A DNA stretch of 64,000 nucleotides from Candidatus Saccharibacteria bacterium UBA6824 (GCA_002452155.1 DKEK01000005.1:70675-134674); one strand, 5' to 3'; shown: positions 32,625 to 43,639, counted from the stretch's first letter. The notes: generated by a model not told the origin, from the letters alone. Numbers and translations: made by a program.

Positions 32625-34505
32625 TTATTCCAGAACGGCTTTGATGCGGCGGACGCCGGCAGAAGAAGCTTCTTCTTTAACGATTTTGAATTTTTTGCCG
32701 CCTTCACCGATCATGCCGGTATGCTGCACGTGCGGGCCGCCGCAAATTTCGCGGCTGAAAGGCTTTTTGGGGTCGCCAATTGTATAAACTTTGACGCTGT
32801 CGCCGTATTTATCGCCAAAGGCGCCGGAGGCGCCTTTTTTGAAAGCCTCATCGGTGGGCTCTTCTTTCCAAGTGACCGGCAGATCTTCGGCGATTTTACG
32901 GTTAACTATAGCTTCGACTTTTTTAATCTGCTGGGGGGTGACTTTTTCCGGATGGGAAAAATCAAAGCGAGTCCGCTCGTCCGTAATGTTACTACCACGC
33001 TGGACTATGTGATCGCCCAACACTTCTTTGAGGGCTTCGTACATCAGATGTGTGGTCGTGTGGAGCTCAACAACAGCCTCGGAATGGTCGGCTAGTCCGC
33101 CCTTAAACATACCCTGGCTGGCAGTCTGACTGCGCTTTTTCTGCTGCTGCATAGACTCGTCAAAGTCAGCCCGCCAATTTGGGTCGACTTCGACTTTTTG
33201 CAGATAGGCTTCTTCGATGCTAAGCTCTGCAGGAAAGCCGTAAGTGTCGTACAGCTTAAAAACGTCTTCACCAGATAAGGTTTGCTTTTTCTGCGACATT
33301 TTTGCAAATTCCCTGACACCGGCCCTCAAAGTTTGACGGAAGATGTTTTCTTCCTTTATAAAAGCGTGCACGATGTTGTTTTTGCGCTCTTTGACTTCCG
33401 GAAAATCCGGCTCGTACAGACTCGTGACAATTGGTACAACTTCCTCACAAAGATGCTGCTCGATGCCAAGTTCAAACGCGTAGCGGATTGCCCGACGCAG
33501 CAAGCGGCGCAAGACATAGCCTTGGGCTTTATTGCTCGGGATTACTCCGTCAACACCCAGCCAGACGGCCGCCCGCATATGGTCGGCAATTACGCGCATC
33601 GCCGCCTGATATTGATCATAATTTTTGCCGCTCAAAACCTCTAGTCCGTTAATTATTGGCTTAAGCAAGCTAATCTGGAAAATGTCCGGGTTATTGATGG
33701 CCGCGGCGGCGATGCGCTCCAGGCCGCCGCCAAAGTCGACATTGGGTTTTGGTAGCTGCTCAAAACCCTTGGCCGTTTTTTTGTAGGCCATAAAAACGCT
33801 GTTAGCAATTTCCAAAAACCGGCCACAGTCGCAGTTGAGGTGGCAGTGTTTACCGTATTTTTCGTTGTGCGGTGTACCAAAATCATAAAAAACTTCGCTA
33901 TCGGGGCCGCCCGGCTCGCCCTCGCGCATATGGCTGGGTTCACCCTCGCGGCTCCACCAGTTTCTTGACGCGTCGTAATAAAAAATCCGGCCATCTTGCA
34001 TGCCTTTTTCATAACCATCTTGCTCCGAGCCCAAATCGACTTCTTTGGCGTCAATGCCGGCTTCTTTGTAGAGTTTCTTCCAAATCCCGGCCGATTCGGT
34101 ATCTTTTGGGGTTTCCGTTTTTACATCGCCAATAAAACAAGTAACGTAAAGTTTTTGCGGATCCAGCCCAACGACTTTGGTTAAGAATTCCCAGATCCAG
34201 GGCAGTTGCTCGGCTTTATAATAATCGCCCAGGCTCCAGTTACCGAGCATTTCGAAAAAGGTCGTGTGGCGGTTGTCTCCAACTTCGTCCATGTCCTCGG
34301 CCCGGAAGCACGTCTGGCTATCGACTAGCCGCTTGCCAGCCGGATGTTTTTCGCCCAAAAGATAAGGCACCAATGGCTGCATGCCGCTGCCGGTGAAAAG
34401 CGTCGTTGAGTCGTCTTTGGGCACCAGCGGCGCCCGCGGTATGACTTTATGCTCCCGCGCCTCAAAAAACTCCAAGTATTTTTTTCGTATCTCCTGCGCC
34501 GTCAT
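32625..34505 (-). CDS. alaS: alanine--tRNA ligase, short form lacking the C-terminal C-Ala/DHHA1 domain
   Basis: Class II catalytic core (FTGSGMQP, FEMLGNWSLGDYYK) and editing domain (HTTTHLMYEALK...CGGPHV). It ends after the editing domain at 626 aa. Confidence 0.9.
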   Translation of the reverse strand: MTAQEIRKKYLEFFEAREHKVIPRAPLVPKDDSTTLFTGSGMQPLVPYLLGEKHPAGKRLVDSQTCFRAEDMDEVGDNRHTTFFEMLGNWSLGDYYKAEQLPWIWEFLTKVVGLDPQKLYVTCFIGDVKTETPKDTESAGIWKKLYKEAGIDAKEVDLGSEQDGYEKGMQDGRIFYYDASRNWWSREGEPSHMREGEPGGPDSEVFYDFGTPHNEKYGKHCHLNCDCGRFLEIANSVFMAYKKTAKGFEQLPKPNVDFGGGLERIAAAAINNPDIFQISLLKPIINGLEVLSGKNYDQYQAAMRVIADHMRAAVWLGVDGVIPSNKAQGYVLRRLLRRAIRYAFELGIEQHLCEEVVPIVTSLYEPDFPEVKERKNNIVHAFIKEENIFRQTLRAGVREFAKMSQKKQTLSGEDVFKLYDTYGFPAELSIEEAYLQKVEVDPNWRADFDESMQQQKKRSQTASQGMFKGGLADHSEAVVELHTTTHLMYEALKEVLGDHIVQRGSNITDERTRFDFSHPEKVTPQQIKKVEAIVNRKIAEDLPVTWKEEPTDEAFKKGASGAFGDKYGDSVKVYTIGDPKKPFSREICGGPHVQHTGMIGEGGKKFKIVKEEASSAGVRRIKAVLE

Positions 34506-34631
34506 TAAGCTAATTGTAACAGAGGTAATAAACTAATTAAACTACGATGCCGCCCAGCACTAAATCTTGATGCTCCGCAATCCGATTACCGACTGCTTCG
34601 TTCAGGATTTAGATCGGGGCAAGCCGCCTTG

Positions 34632-35696
34632 TTAGACTACTATTCCTCCTCCCAGGCATTGGTCGTCGGAGTAGAAGACGGCGGATTGGCCGGGAGTTAG
34701 TGCCCGTACGTCTTCCTCCAAGTCAGCACTCCAGAAATTACTTGAGCGGTTAAGTTTTTTTACTGTAATCAACTTGGCACGGTGACGAGTGCGGACAAAA
34801 AGTTCTTGGTCCTTTTGAGGTTGGCTATTTATCCAATGAATGCCGGTCAGTTTGATCTGATTATTCCATAACCTATTGTCTTGCAGGTCGGTTGTGACGT
34901 GAATCTCATTCTTCTTTATATCTTTACCGACCACGTAAAACGGCAAGCCACCCTGCCTACCGGCAGGCAGGCGCCCTCCAGTTCCTAGGCCGTGGCGCTG
35001 GCCGATAGTGTAGAAAAAAGCGCCATCGTGCTCCCCAAGCGTCAGGCCTTTTTGGTCGATAATCTTGCCCGGCGTTTCCTTGATGTACTGCTTTAGAAAA
35101 TCTTTGATACTAACTTTGCCTACAAAACAGATGCCCATGCTTTCTTTTTTATCAGCCGTTACTAGGCTGGCTTTTTTAGCCAGGGCTCTGACTTCGGGTT
35201 TTGTCAGTCCGCCAAGCGGGAATAGGGTCTTACTGAGCGCGGTGGAGTCTACGCGGTGCAAGAAGTAAGTCTGGTCTTTATTGCCATCTTTAGCCGTGAG
35301 TAGCTGGCCGTTTTTAACTTTTGCATAATGACCGGTGGCAATATAGTCTGCCCCGCCGCGCAGCGCTGTTTCTAAAAACAACTTAAATTTAATTTCCTGA
35401 TTGCACATAATATCGGGGTTGGGCGTGAAGCCCGTCTCATAGCCTTGCAACATATATTTGACCACTTTATCAAAGTAATCTTTCTCAAAATCATAGACCT
35501 TAAACTCAATCCCAAGCTGCACGGCTACACGTTTAGCGTCTTGGTAGTCCTCTTTCCAAGGGCATTTCATGCCGGGCAAGTCCTGGCTCCAATTCTTCAT
35601 ATAGACGCCAACGACATGAAAGCCCTGCTCCTTTAGAAGCAAAGCGCTAACGGAGGAATCAACGCCCCCGCTTAAGCCAACGTAAACTGTTTTCAT
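34632..35696 (-). CDS. mnmA: tRNA 2-thiouridine(34) synthase MnmA
   Basis: PP-loop VGLSGGVDSS, catalytic Cys regions and ...YTIGQRHGLG... The track starts at TTG 35714; ATG 35696 (MKTVYVGLSGG) is more likely. Confidence 0.93.
   Translation of the reverse strand: MKTVYVGLSGGVDSSVSALLLKEQGFHVVGVYMKNWSQDLPGMKCPWKEDYQDAKRVAVQLGIEFKVYDFEKDYFDKVVKYMLQGYETGFTPNPDIMCNQEIKFKLFLETALRGGADYIATGHYAKVKNGQLLTAKDGNKDQTYFLHRVDSTALSKTLFPLGGLTKPEVRALAKKASLVTADKKESMGICFVGKVSIKDFLKQYIKETPGKIIDQKGLTLGEHDGAFFYTIGQRHGLGTGGRLPAGRQGGLPFYVVGKDIKKNEIHVTTDLQDNRLWNNQIKLTGIHWINSQPQKDQELFVRTRHRAKLITVKKLNRSSNFWSADLEEDVRALTPGQSAVFYSDDQCLGGGIVV
34952..34971. repeat. palindrome-family copy CCTGCCTACCGGCAGGCAGG inside mnmA
   Basis: One mismatch from the perfect palindrome. 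Translated as LPAGRQ in GLGTGGRLPAGRQGGLPFYVV, a loop between conserved blocks. Confidence 0.9.
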
Positions 35697-35710
35697 TGGC
35701 TTATAGTTTA

Positions 35711-35950
35711 TCAAACATCAAGGAAAACGGTGACTTTGTCGCTCTTGACGTGCATGACGGCTTGGTTAACCGTCATGGCAAAGTCGTCTTTGCCGGCTAT
35801 CCGCACTTTGACTTCCCCCGGTCTTAGTAAACACATGAAGTTTTTATGGCGCGGTAAAATATCAAATGGGCCGCTGTCATTGACGGCCGAGACACTGGCC
35901 GCCGGACCATCAAAATATACTTTGAACGGGGCGTAGATCTTTACGGCCAT
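35711..35950 (-). CDS. atpC: F1 ATP synthase subunit epsilon (short, beta-sandwich only)
   Basis: MAVKIYAPFKVYFDGPAASVSAVNDSGPFDILPRHKNFMCLL... It immediately follows atpD. Start chosen at ATG 35950 to avoid overlap with atpD. Confidence 0.75.
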   Translation of the reverse strand: MAVKIYAPFKVYFDGPAASVSAVNDSGPFDILPRHKNFMCLLRPGEVKVRIAGKDDFAMTVNQAVMHVKSDKVTVFLDV

Positions 35951-35960
35951 CACCCCCGTG

Positions 35961-38142
<2,182 letters not shown>

Positions 38143-38146
<4 letters not shown>

Positions 38147-39594
38147 GCGCCGGCTCCCGAAGTTTGGGCGGCAGCCGGGGCTGTCCCGGTTTTGAGGCTG
38201 GCCAGCTGCTGCTGGTAATTAGACTCAGTCTTAACTGCCGCGGCTGCTACAGCGACGGCTTTTTTAAGATTAACGATGTTTAGATTCGGGCCGCTATCGG
38301 GCGCCAAAATTATATCGAGCATCATTTGCTGGGCCATTACGCTGTAAGTTTCACCTGGGATTTGACTAAACAGCTTATCTAACTGTCGGCCTTTTTGCAG
38401 TACTTGCTGGCTGTCGGCCGACATCTCGGCCCCAAAACGGGCAAATTCCTGGGCCTTTTTGTATTCGCCGAGCAGCTTAAGGACTACGGCATTTTGGTCT
38501 TTTTGGCGGGAATTTTGACCGACACCACCAACCCGGGTTACTGATAAGCCGGTGTTAAGCGCCGGACGGTGGCCGCTGCGAAAAACTCCCATATCCAGGA
38601 TCCACTGGCCATCGGTAATCGACATAATGTTGGTCGGCAGGTAGGTAGAGATGTCACCCCCCTCAGTCAAAACGACTGGTATGGCGGTTAAGCTGTGATG
38701 GTTGGTTTTTAGTTTTCCGGCCCGTTCCAGCAAGCTGGAGTGGGCGTGGAAAATGTCACCGGGATAACTATCGCGGCCCGGGCTGGTACCCAATAGCAAT
38801 GATATTTCACGGTAAGCCTGGGCGTGGGCGGTTAAATCATCATAGACCACCACCACGTCCTGACCCAATTTTTGCCACAAATATTCGGCCAAAGCGCAGC
38901 CGACATAAGGCGCCAAATAACTGGCGACTAAAGACTCAAAAATGGTTGATACAACTACGATCGATTTTTCCATTACGCCGGCATCAGATAGGCGCGTCAA
39001 CAGCATATCAACATCACTACGGCGTTTGGCAATTAAGACATAGACAACAACTTGGTCGGTGCTGCGTTGGTTGATGGCAATTTGAGTAGCCAGGGTAGTC
39101 TTACCGGATTTGCTATCGCCGAGTAGTGCCAGCCGCTGGCCGCGGACGATTGGAAAAAGGGCATCAATTAGGGTGATACCGGTTTCTAGCTGGGTACTTA
39201 GCAGCTCACGTTCATAAATTGGCGGCGCCGGGTTAAAAACCGGCCAGTTGGCGTCAGCCGCGATGGCGCCTTTACCATCCAGCGGCTCGCCGTTCACCGA
39301 AACAACCCGGCCGATAAAGTCCTTGCCCACTTTAGCGCTTAAGTTCTCGTCCTGGACTACAGCTAAAGTGCCGATTTTAAGCTGGCTTGTGTCAAGGCGC
39401 AAAACCATCACCTGTTCTGGCAGTATGTCGCGCGTAAAACCGTGGCTGCCATCCTCAAAAACTATTAGCGAGTGGCTGCTAACCGGCTGGAGACCCTTCA
39501 CCGCCACCAAAAAACTGTTGAGGGCTATGACTTCGCCTACCGGCCGGCCGGCATCGACCAGTTTTTGGAAGTGCTGGCTGGAACTCGTGCTCAT
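38143..39594 (-). CDS. atpA: F1 ATP synthase subunit alpha
   Basis: Walker A GDSKSGKTTLA and alpha-type motifs (RPALNTGLSVTRVGG). Confidence 0.93.
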
Positions 39595-39695
39595 CCCGTT
39601 AGAGCCCCACCGCCCGTTAGTCTGTTGAAGTTCGCTATTTGAGTGATTAGCATAGTTTTATCAATTGTATATAGGCCCTTGGGGCCTCTAACGGG
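39595..39695. repeat. 101-nt atpH-atpA spacer bounded by 14/15-nt inverted repeats
   Basis: CCCGTTAGAG-CCCC (39595..39608) against GGGGCCTCTAACGGG (39681..39695), with one indel. The interior is AT-rich. The left arm abuts the atpA start codon. Confidence 0.75.
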
Positions 39696-39697
39696 AC

Positions 39698-40261
39698 TCA
39701 TGGCTTACCTGCCTGGCCGGCAGGCAGGCCCGCCGTGGTTGTCGTACCCGGTGCCGGTGCGTCCAGGGCGGCGCCTTTTAAGAGTTCCAGGAGATAGGGC
39801 GTCTGTTTTTCCAGGCTGGCGCCTAAGCTCATATCAAAAATTTTATTAGGCGTCCTTAGCACGCAGCCGGCAGCAATCGCCGGCTGCAAGCCAATCTGCA
39901 CTAGTGTATAGCGGTGAACGTTTGTCCGCAGCCAGTTTAGTATGGTTTCCGTCACTTTCGGTGAAGGCTCGGCTGCAAAACTAACGTGCACCGTCGGCGC
40001 GTGGTCACGGATTTTGGTTAATTGATCGGCCATGTGTCGTCGATGGGGCTGTTGCTGCAGTTTATAGCCGTTAGCCAAGGCGGTTTGGTCGAGCAGGTTG
40101 GTAACTTTGGGGGCTTGAGTTTCCCGGACCGGCTGGCTAATTAAGGCTTCTTCAAGCGTCTCTAGTTCGCGCAGTAAGTGGTTAATGTCGGTTCTACCAC
40201 TTAGCTGAGCCGGCAGTACAAACGCGGCAGTCTCGACTGGCTTTTGGCTTTTAAGCGCCAC
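39698..40261 (-). CDS. atpH: F1 ATP synthase subunit delta (OSCP)
   Basis: It sits upstream of atpA. The C-terminal half is OSCP-like (VHVSFAAEPS...AIAAGCVLRTPNKIFDMSLGASLEKQ). The tail DAPAPGTTTTAGLPAGQAGKP contains the palindrome copy. Confidence 0.75.
   Translation of the reverse strand: MALKSQKPVETAAFVLPAQLSGRTDINHLLRELETLEEALISQPVRETQAPKVTNLLDQTALANGYKLQQQPHRRHMADQLTKIRDHAPTVHVSFAAEPSPKVTETILNWLRTNVHRYTLVQIGLQPAIAAGCVLRTPNKIFDMSLGASLEKQTPYLLELLKGAALDAPAPGTTTTAGLPAGQAGKP
39708..39728. repeat. palindrome-family copy CCTGCCTGGCCGGCAGGCAGG at the atpH 3' end
   Basis: 21-nt variant with one extra G. Translated as LPAGQAG, 3 codons before the stop. Confidence 0.85.
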
Positions 40262-40904
40262 GTTTGATGTCCTCTATGATGGCGGCCTTATTATTCTCCA
40301 GCTCCGTCAGGATAAATTCCAGTTGGTCGGAGAGGTCAATTTGGTTACCGATGGCTTGCATAACGTAGTGGTTAACGATCCGTGCCATCTGAGCTTCAAA
40401 ACGAGCGATGATTTGGTTGCGCTCGGCTTCGGACTGGTTTTGCATCTGGCTTTCCAGCAGCTGGCGCTGCTGTTCGATTGTGGTGACCGTCTTTTCGATA
40501 GAATCGAGCGCCAGCTGTTTGGCGTCTGTAATAGACTGCTCGTATTTTTTAAATTCGATTTGCAGGGTGCGGGTAATCTCGGTCCGCATGTATTCATTGA
40601 GCTGGGTAGTCGTCTGTCGCAGGTCCTGCTGCAAAAACATGGCGTTTTCGCCAATGATTTTTTCAAAATGCAGGCGGCCGCGGTTACGCAATTCTTCGCG
40701 AAAGTCATCATTAAAGATATGTTCGACGTCTTCCTGGGCCATTTGACTGATGGCTTGAACTGGTTGGGGCGGCTCGTTGGTTTTGACGGCTGCTGGCCCG
40801 CTTGCTGCCGGTTTTTTGTGCCTGGCGCGCCAGTCAAAATAAAGGATGGCCGCAATCGCTGCTAATGCCCCGCCGACTATTAATAAAATCCCACCTAAAT
40901 CCAT
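40251..40904 (-). CDS. putative ATP synthase subunit b-like protein (N-terminal TM plus long coiled coil)
   Basis: 217 aa with a single N-terminal TM (ILLIVGGALAAIAAILYF) and a helical, Q/E-rich remainder. It overlaps the atpH start by 11 nt. The assignment rests on architecture and position only. Confidence 0.45.
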   Translation of the reverse strand: MDLGGILLIVGGALAAIAAILYFDWRARHKKPAASGPAAVKTNEPPQPVQAISQMAQEDVEHIFNDDFREELRNRGRLHFEKIIGENAMFLQQDLRQTTTQLNEYMRTEITRTLQIEFKKYEQSITDAKQLALDSIEKTVTTIEQQRQLLESQMQNQSEAERNQIIARFEAQMARIVNHYVMQAIGNQIDLSDQLEFILTELENNKAAIIEDIKRGA

Positions 40905-40908
40905 AGTT

Positions 40909-41706
40909 TTATATTCTTAATAATAAGTATATGCCAAACAAGCCGCCAACGAATACAATCGCCGCGGCGATAATTACTTGCGCTAGACCCTGCATAATGG
41001 AGTGCTTACTCAAAGGATTTCGGCCGATGGCAATCATGCCGCTGCGAACGCCCACCCAAAGTAGCCCAAAGGCAACGATTACTGTTACGACAAAAATAAT
41101 TAGAGCCGCGTAGATGCGGCTGGCCGACAGCGGTTTGCCGGCGATGGACTCGCCCAGCCGACGCAGTACTGATGGTACGGCAGTGTTTTCGCCTAGTCCG
41201 GGGTTTTTACCGGGCGCCACTTGAACCGAGATTTTACCGATAGTCGAGCCATTCTTGCCGCTGCCCAGGCCGCCGGACGTGCCATCGAAGTTGCTTGCCG
41301 CACGGCCAAGCACATATGTCTGGCCTTTAAGGCGGGCGGCTATGCCGTCGGCTGATGACATTGAGAGATAGTCACCAGAGGCGATTGGCCCATTTTCGGT
41401 ACTGACCAAAACCGGATAAATACCGCCGGTGACTACAAAAACATTTTGTCCTGGCTGCTGGGCTGTTACCGGTGGTGCAGCTGGTTCGACCGCCACTCCG
41501 TAAATGCGCGTTGGGTCACTTGCCGGAGCCAGCTCAACACTGGTTTTATCTGAGACAACCAGCGCCACAACCCGCCCCGGTTCAATAGCGCCTTTGCCGT
41601 TAAAGCTTCGAGTTACGGTTTCGGCCCGGGCATGAATAGATATCCCGGCCAAAGCTAGTAGCAGCGTCACGGCCAATAATTTCAAGGACAGCCATCTCAT
41701 ACTCAC
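40909..41706 (-). CDS. secreted/membrane protein with C-terminal two-helix hairpin carrying an IGRNP loop (subunit-c-like?)
   Basis: Signal peptide MSMRWLSLKLLAVTLLLALAGISIHARA, then a beta-rich domain of about 170 aa. The C-terminus reads IYAALIIFVVTVIVAFGLLWVGV-RSGMIAIGRNPLSKHSIM-QGLAQVIIAAAIVFVGGLFGIYLLL. Confidence 0.5.
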   Translation of the reverse strand: MSMRWLSLKLLAVTLLLALAGISIHARAETVTRSFNGKGAIEPGRVVALVVSDKTSVELAPASDPTRIYGVAVEPAAPPVTAQQPGQNVFVVTGGIYPVLVSTENGPIASGDYLSMSSADGIAARLKGQTYVLGRAASNFDGTSGGLGSGKNGSTIGKISVQVAPGKNPGLGENTAVPSVLRRLGESIAGKPLSASRIYAALIIFVVTVIVAFGLLWVGVRSGMIAIGRNPLSKHSIMQGLAQVIIAAAIVFVGGLFGIYLLLRI

Positions 41707-41726
41707 CTAAAAGTATACCCCTTAAG

Positions 41727-42863
41727 TTAATTTTTGAGGAGTTGGGAAAGAGTTTTGAGCGCGTATTTAATATCATTTTGGCTGGTCTGGCGGCCGAAAC
41801 TAAAACGCAGGCTGGAGCGGATGGCCGGCGCGCCAAGACTTATGGCTGCCAGTACGTGCGATGGTTCATCGCTACCGGCATTGCAGGCACTACCGGTAGC
41901 TACTTGCAGTCCGCGCTCATCAAGCTCCATCATCAGCCGTTCATTATCGATGCCGGGGAAGGTGACGCTCAAAATATGCGGCGCGCTGTGTTTTGGCGAA
42001 CCATTCACTACCGCCTGCGGAAATGTTCTTTGCAAAGTTTCTATAAATAACTGCCGTAGCTGCGCCACCCGTTTGGCCTCGGCAGGCCGTTTTTCTTGGG
42101 CAATATCCAGGGCGGCAGCCAGACCAATCACGCTAGCCACATTTTCGGTACCGGAGCGCAGGCCGTTTTCCTGGCCGCCGCCCAAAATTAGCGGCCGCAG
42201 CCTAACCCCACCACGTATATATAGCGCCCCGCTTTGTTTGGGCCCGTAAATTTTACCGCCGTTGATACTCAACAAATCAACGCCCAAGCGAGCAGTGTGA
42301 AGATCAAAATAATTGGGCGCCTGGGCAGCGTCGCTGTGCAGATATAGTGGGAGTCCTTGGGACCCGCGTAATTTCCTTAACCTGTTAAGCATTTTGACAA
42401 TGTCGCGCAAGGGTTGAACTGTGCCGATTTCATTATTAACTAGGCCGACGCTAACCAAAACGGCCCTAGGACTAATCATTTTTTCCAGCTTGGCAATATC
42501 GACTATTCCTTGGCGGCTGACTGGGATTTGGCGGTGCCTAAAAAACTTGGCTGGTTCCAGTACCGATTCATGTTCGACGGCGCTGACTAGTACTTCGCTG
42601 TCCGGAAAAGCCCGCATGATGCCTTGCACGGCCAGGTTGTTGGCTTCTGTTGCTCCGGCCGTGAAAGTGATTTCGGCCGGCCGGGCGCCCAAGTTTTGGG
42701 CAACGGAAGCCCGGGCGTCTTCTAGGGCCTGCCTGACCGCCCGGCCAGCCAGATAAACGGCCGAGGGGTTATAAAATTGCCTCTTAAAAAACGGCTCCAT
42801 TTTCTTTAGAACCATAGGGTCGATTGGGGTCGCTGCTGCGTAATCTAAATAGATTTGTTTCAT
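41727..42863 (-). CDS. cysteine desulfurase (class V aminotransferase, IscS/NifS-like)
   Basis: IYLDYAATPIDP-type N-terminus, PLP-lysine region SINGGKIYGPKQSG, and active-site Cys loop ATGSACNAGSDEPSHVL. Confidence 0.85.
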   Translation of the reverse strand: MKQIYLDYAAATPIDPMVLKKMEPFFKRQFYNPSAVYLAGRAVRQALEDARASVAQNLGARPAEITFTAGATEANNLAVQGIMRAFPDSEVLVSAVEHESVLEPAKFFRHRQIPVSRQGIVDIAKLEKMISPRAVLVSVGLVNNEIGTVQPLRDIVKMLNRLRKLRGSQGLPLYLHSDAAQAPNYFDLHTARLGVDLLSINGGKIYGPKQSGALYIRGGVRLRPLILGGGQENGLRSGTENVASVIGLAAALDIAQEKRPAEAKRVAQLRQLFIETLQRTFPQAVVNGSPKHSAPHILSVTFPGIDNERLMMELDERGLQVATGSACNAGSDEPSHVLAAISLGAPAIRSSLRFSFGRQTSQNDIKYALKTLSQLLKN

Positions 42864-43639
42864 ATGCCGAACAATCCGCGAGCGTTTTTGGTTGTATAAC
42901 CGGCCAGTTCTTCAATCGGCTCATCCCGTAAGCCAGCCAAAAAATCGGCAATATCCAAAATATGTTTCGGTTCGCAGGTTTTACCACGATACGATTTCGG
43001 CGCCAAAAACGGTGCGTCGGTTTCTAGCAGTAACTTATCCTTTGGCACCTTTTGGGCGGCTTCGAGCTGGGTCTGATCACTCGTGAAGGTCATGATGCCA
43101 TTTAGGGCCACGTGCAGGTCGCGACTCAGGGCTTCTTCCAACTGCTCTTCAGAGGCACTGAAACTGTGAACCACTCCGTGCAGCCGCCGGTTAGTGGGCT
43201 GGTAAGAATCGTAGATCCGCCAAAAGTCCGACCAGGCGTCACGGACATGAAAGATAAAAGGCAGATCCGTGGGAATACCCAGCTCAATTTGCAGGCGGAG
43301 TAGTTTCTCTTGAAGGGGTTTTGGCGAATAGTTTTTGTAAAAGTCCAGGCCAATTTCGCCGATGGCTACGACTTTGGGCTGGTCCAGTAATCGCTTCAGT
43401 GTTTTCGGGGCGCCCATGCGACCGAAAAAGTTTACGGCGTCGTGCGGATGAACGCCGACGCTGGCCCAAACATTTGGCTGAGCCTGGGCGATATCAATAG
43501 CCTTTTGGCTATCACTGACACTGGTGCCAACACACACTAAGCCGGTTACAGCCGCTTTTTGGGCATCTTTAAGCACGCTGTCCAGTTTGGCAGCCAGTTG
43601 TTCAAATTGAAGATGGCAATGAGTATCAATTAGTTCCAT
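42860..43639 (-). CDS. TatD-family metal-dependent hydrolase/DNase
   Basis: LIDTHCHLQF, GVHPHD, IGEIGLDF, HSF and ETDAPFL motifs. Confidence 0.9.
   Translation of the reverse strand: MELIDTHCHLQFEQLAAKLDSVLKDAQKAAVTGLVCVGTSVSDSQKAIDIAQAQPNVWASVGVHPHDAVNFFGRMGAPKTLKRLLDQPKVVAIGEIGLDFYKNYSPKPLQEKLLRLQIELGIPTDLPFIFHVRDAWSDFWRIYDSYQPTNRRLHGVVHSFSASEEQLEEALSRDLHVALNGIMTFTSDQTQLEAAQKVPKDKLLLETDAPFLAPKSYRGKTCEPKHILDIADFLAGLRDEPIEELAGYTTKNARGLFGI

Noticed and set aside
40307-40865. Three alternative ORFs (40307..40855 -, 40323..40865 +, 40408..40746 +) overlapping the b-like gene
   Set aside because: Only the 40251..40904 frame gives a TM helix plus coiled-coil protein with operon-consistent start and stop spacing. 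The others are Ser/Arg/Cys-rich shadow frames.
42716-42740. GGCCTGCCTGACCGCCCGGCC in the cysteine desulfurase gene (LAGRAVRQA) as a degenerate palindrome copy
   Set aside because: It is too diverged and not a palindrome. The resemblance is limited to GCCTGCC and GC-rich codons.
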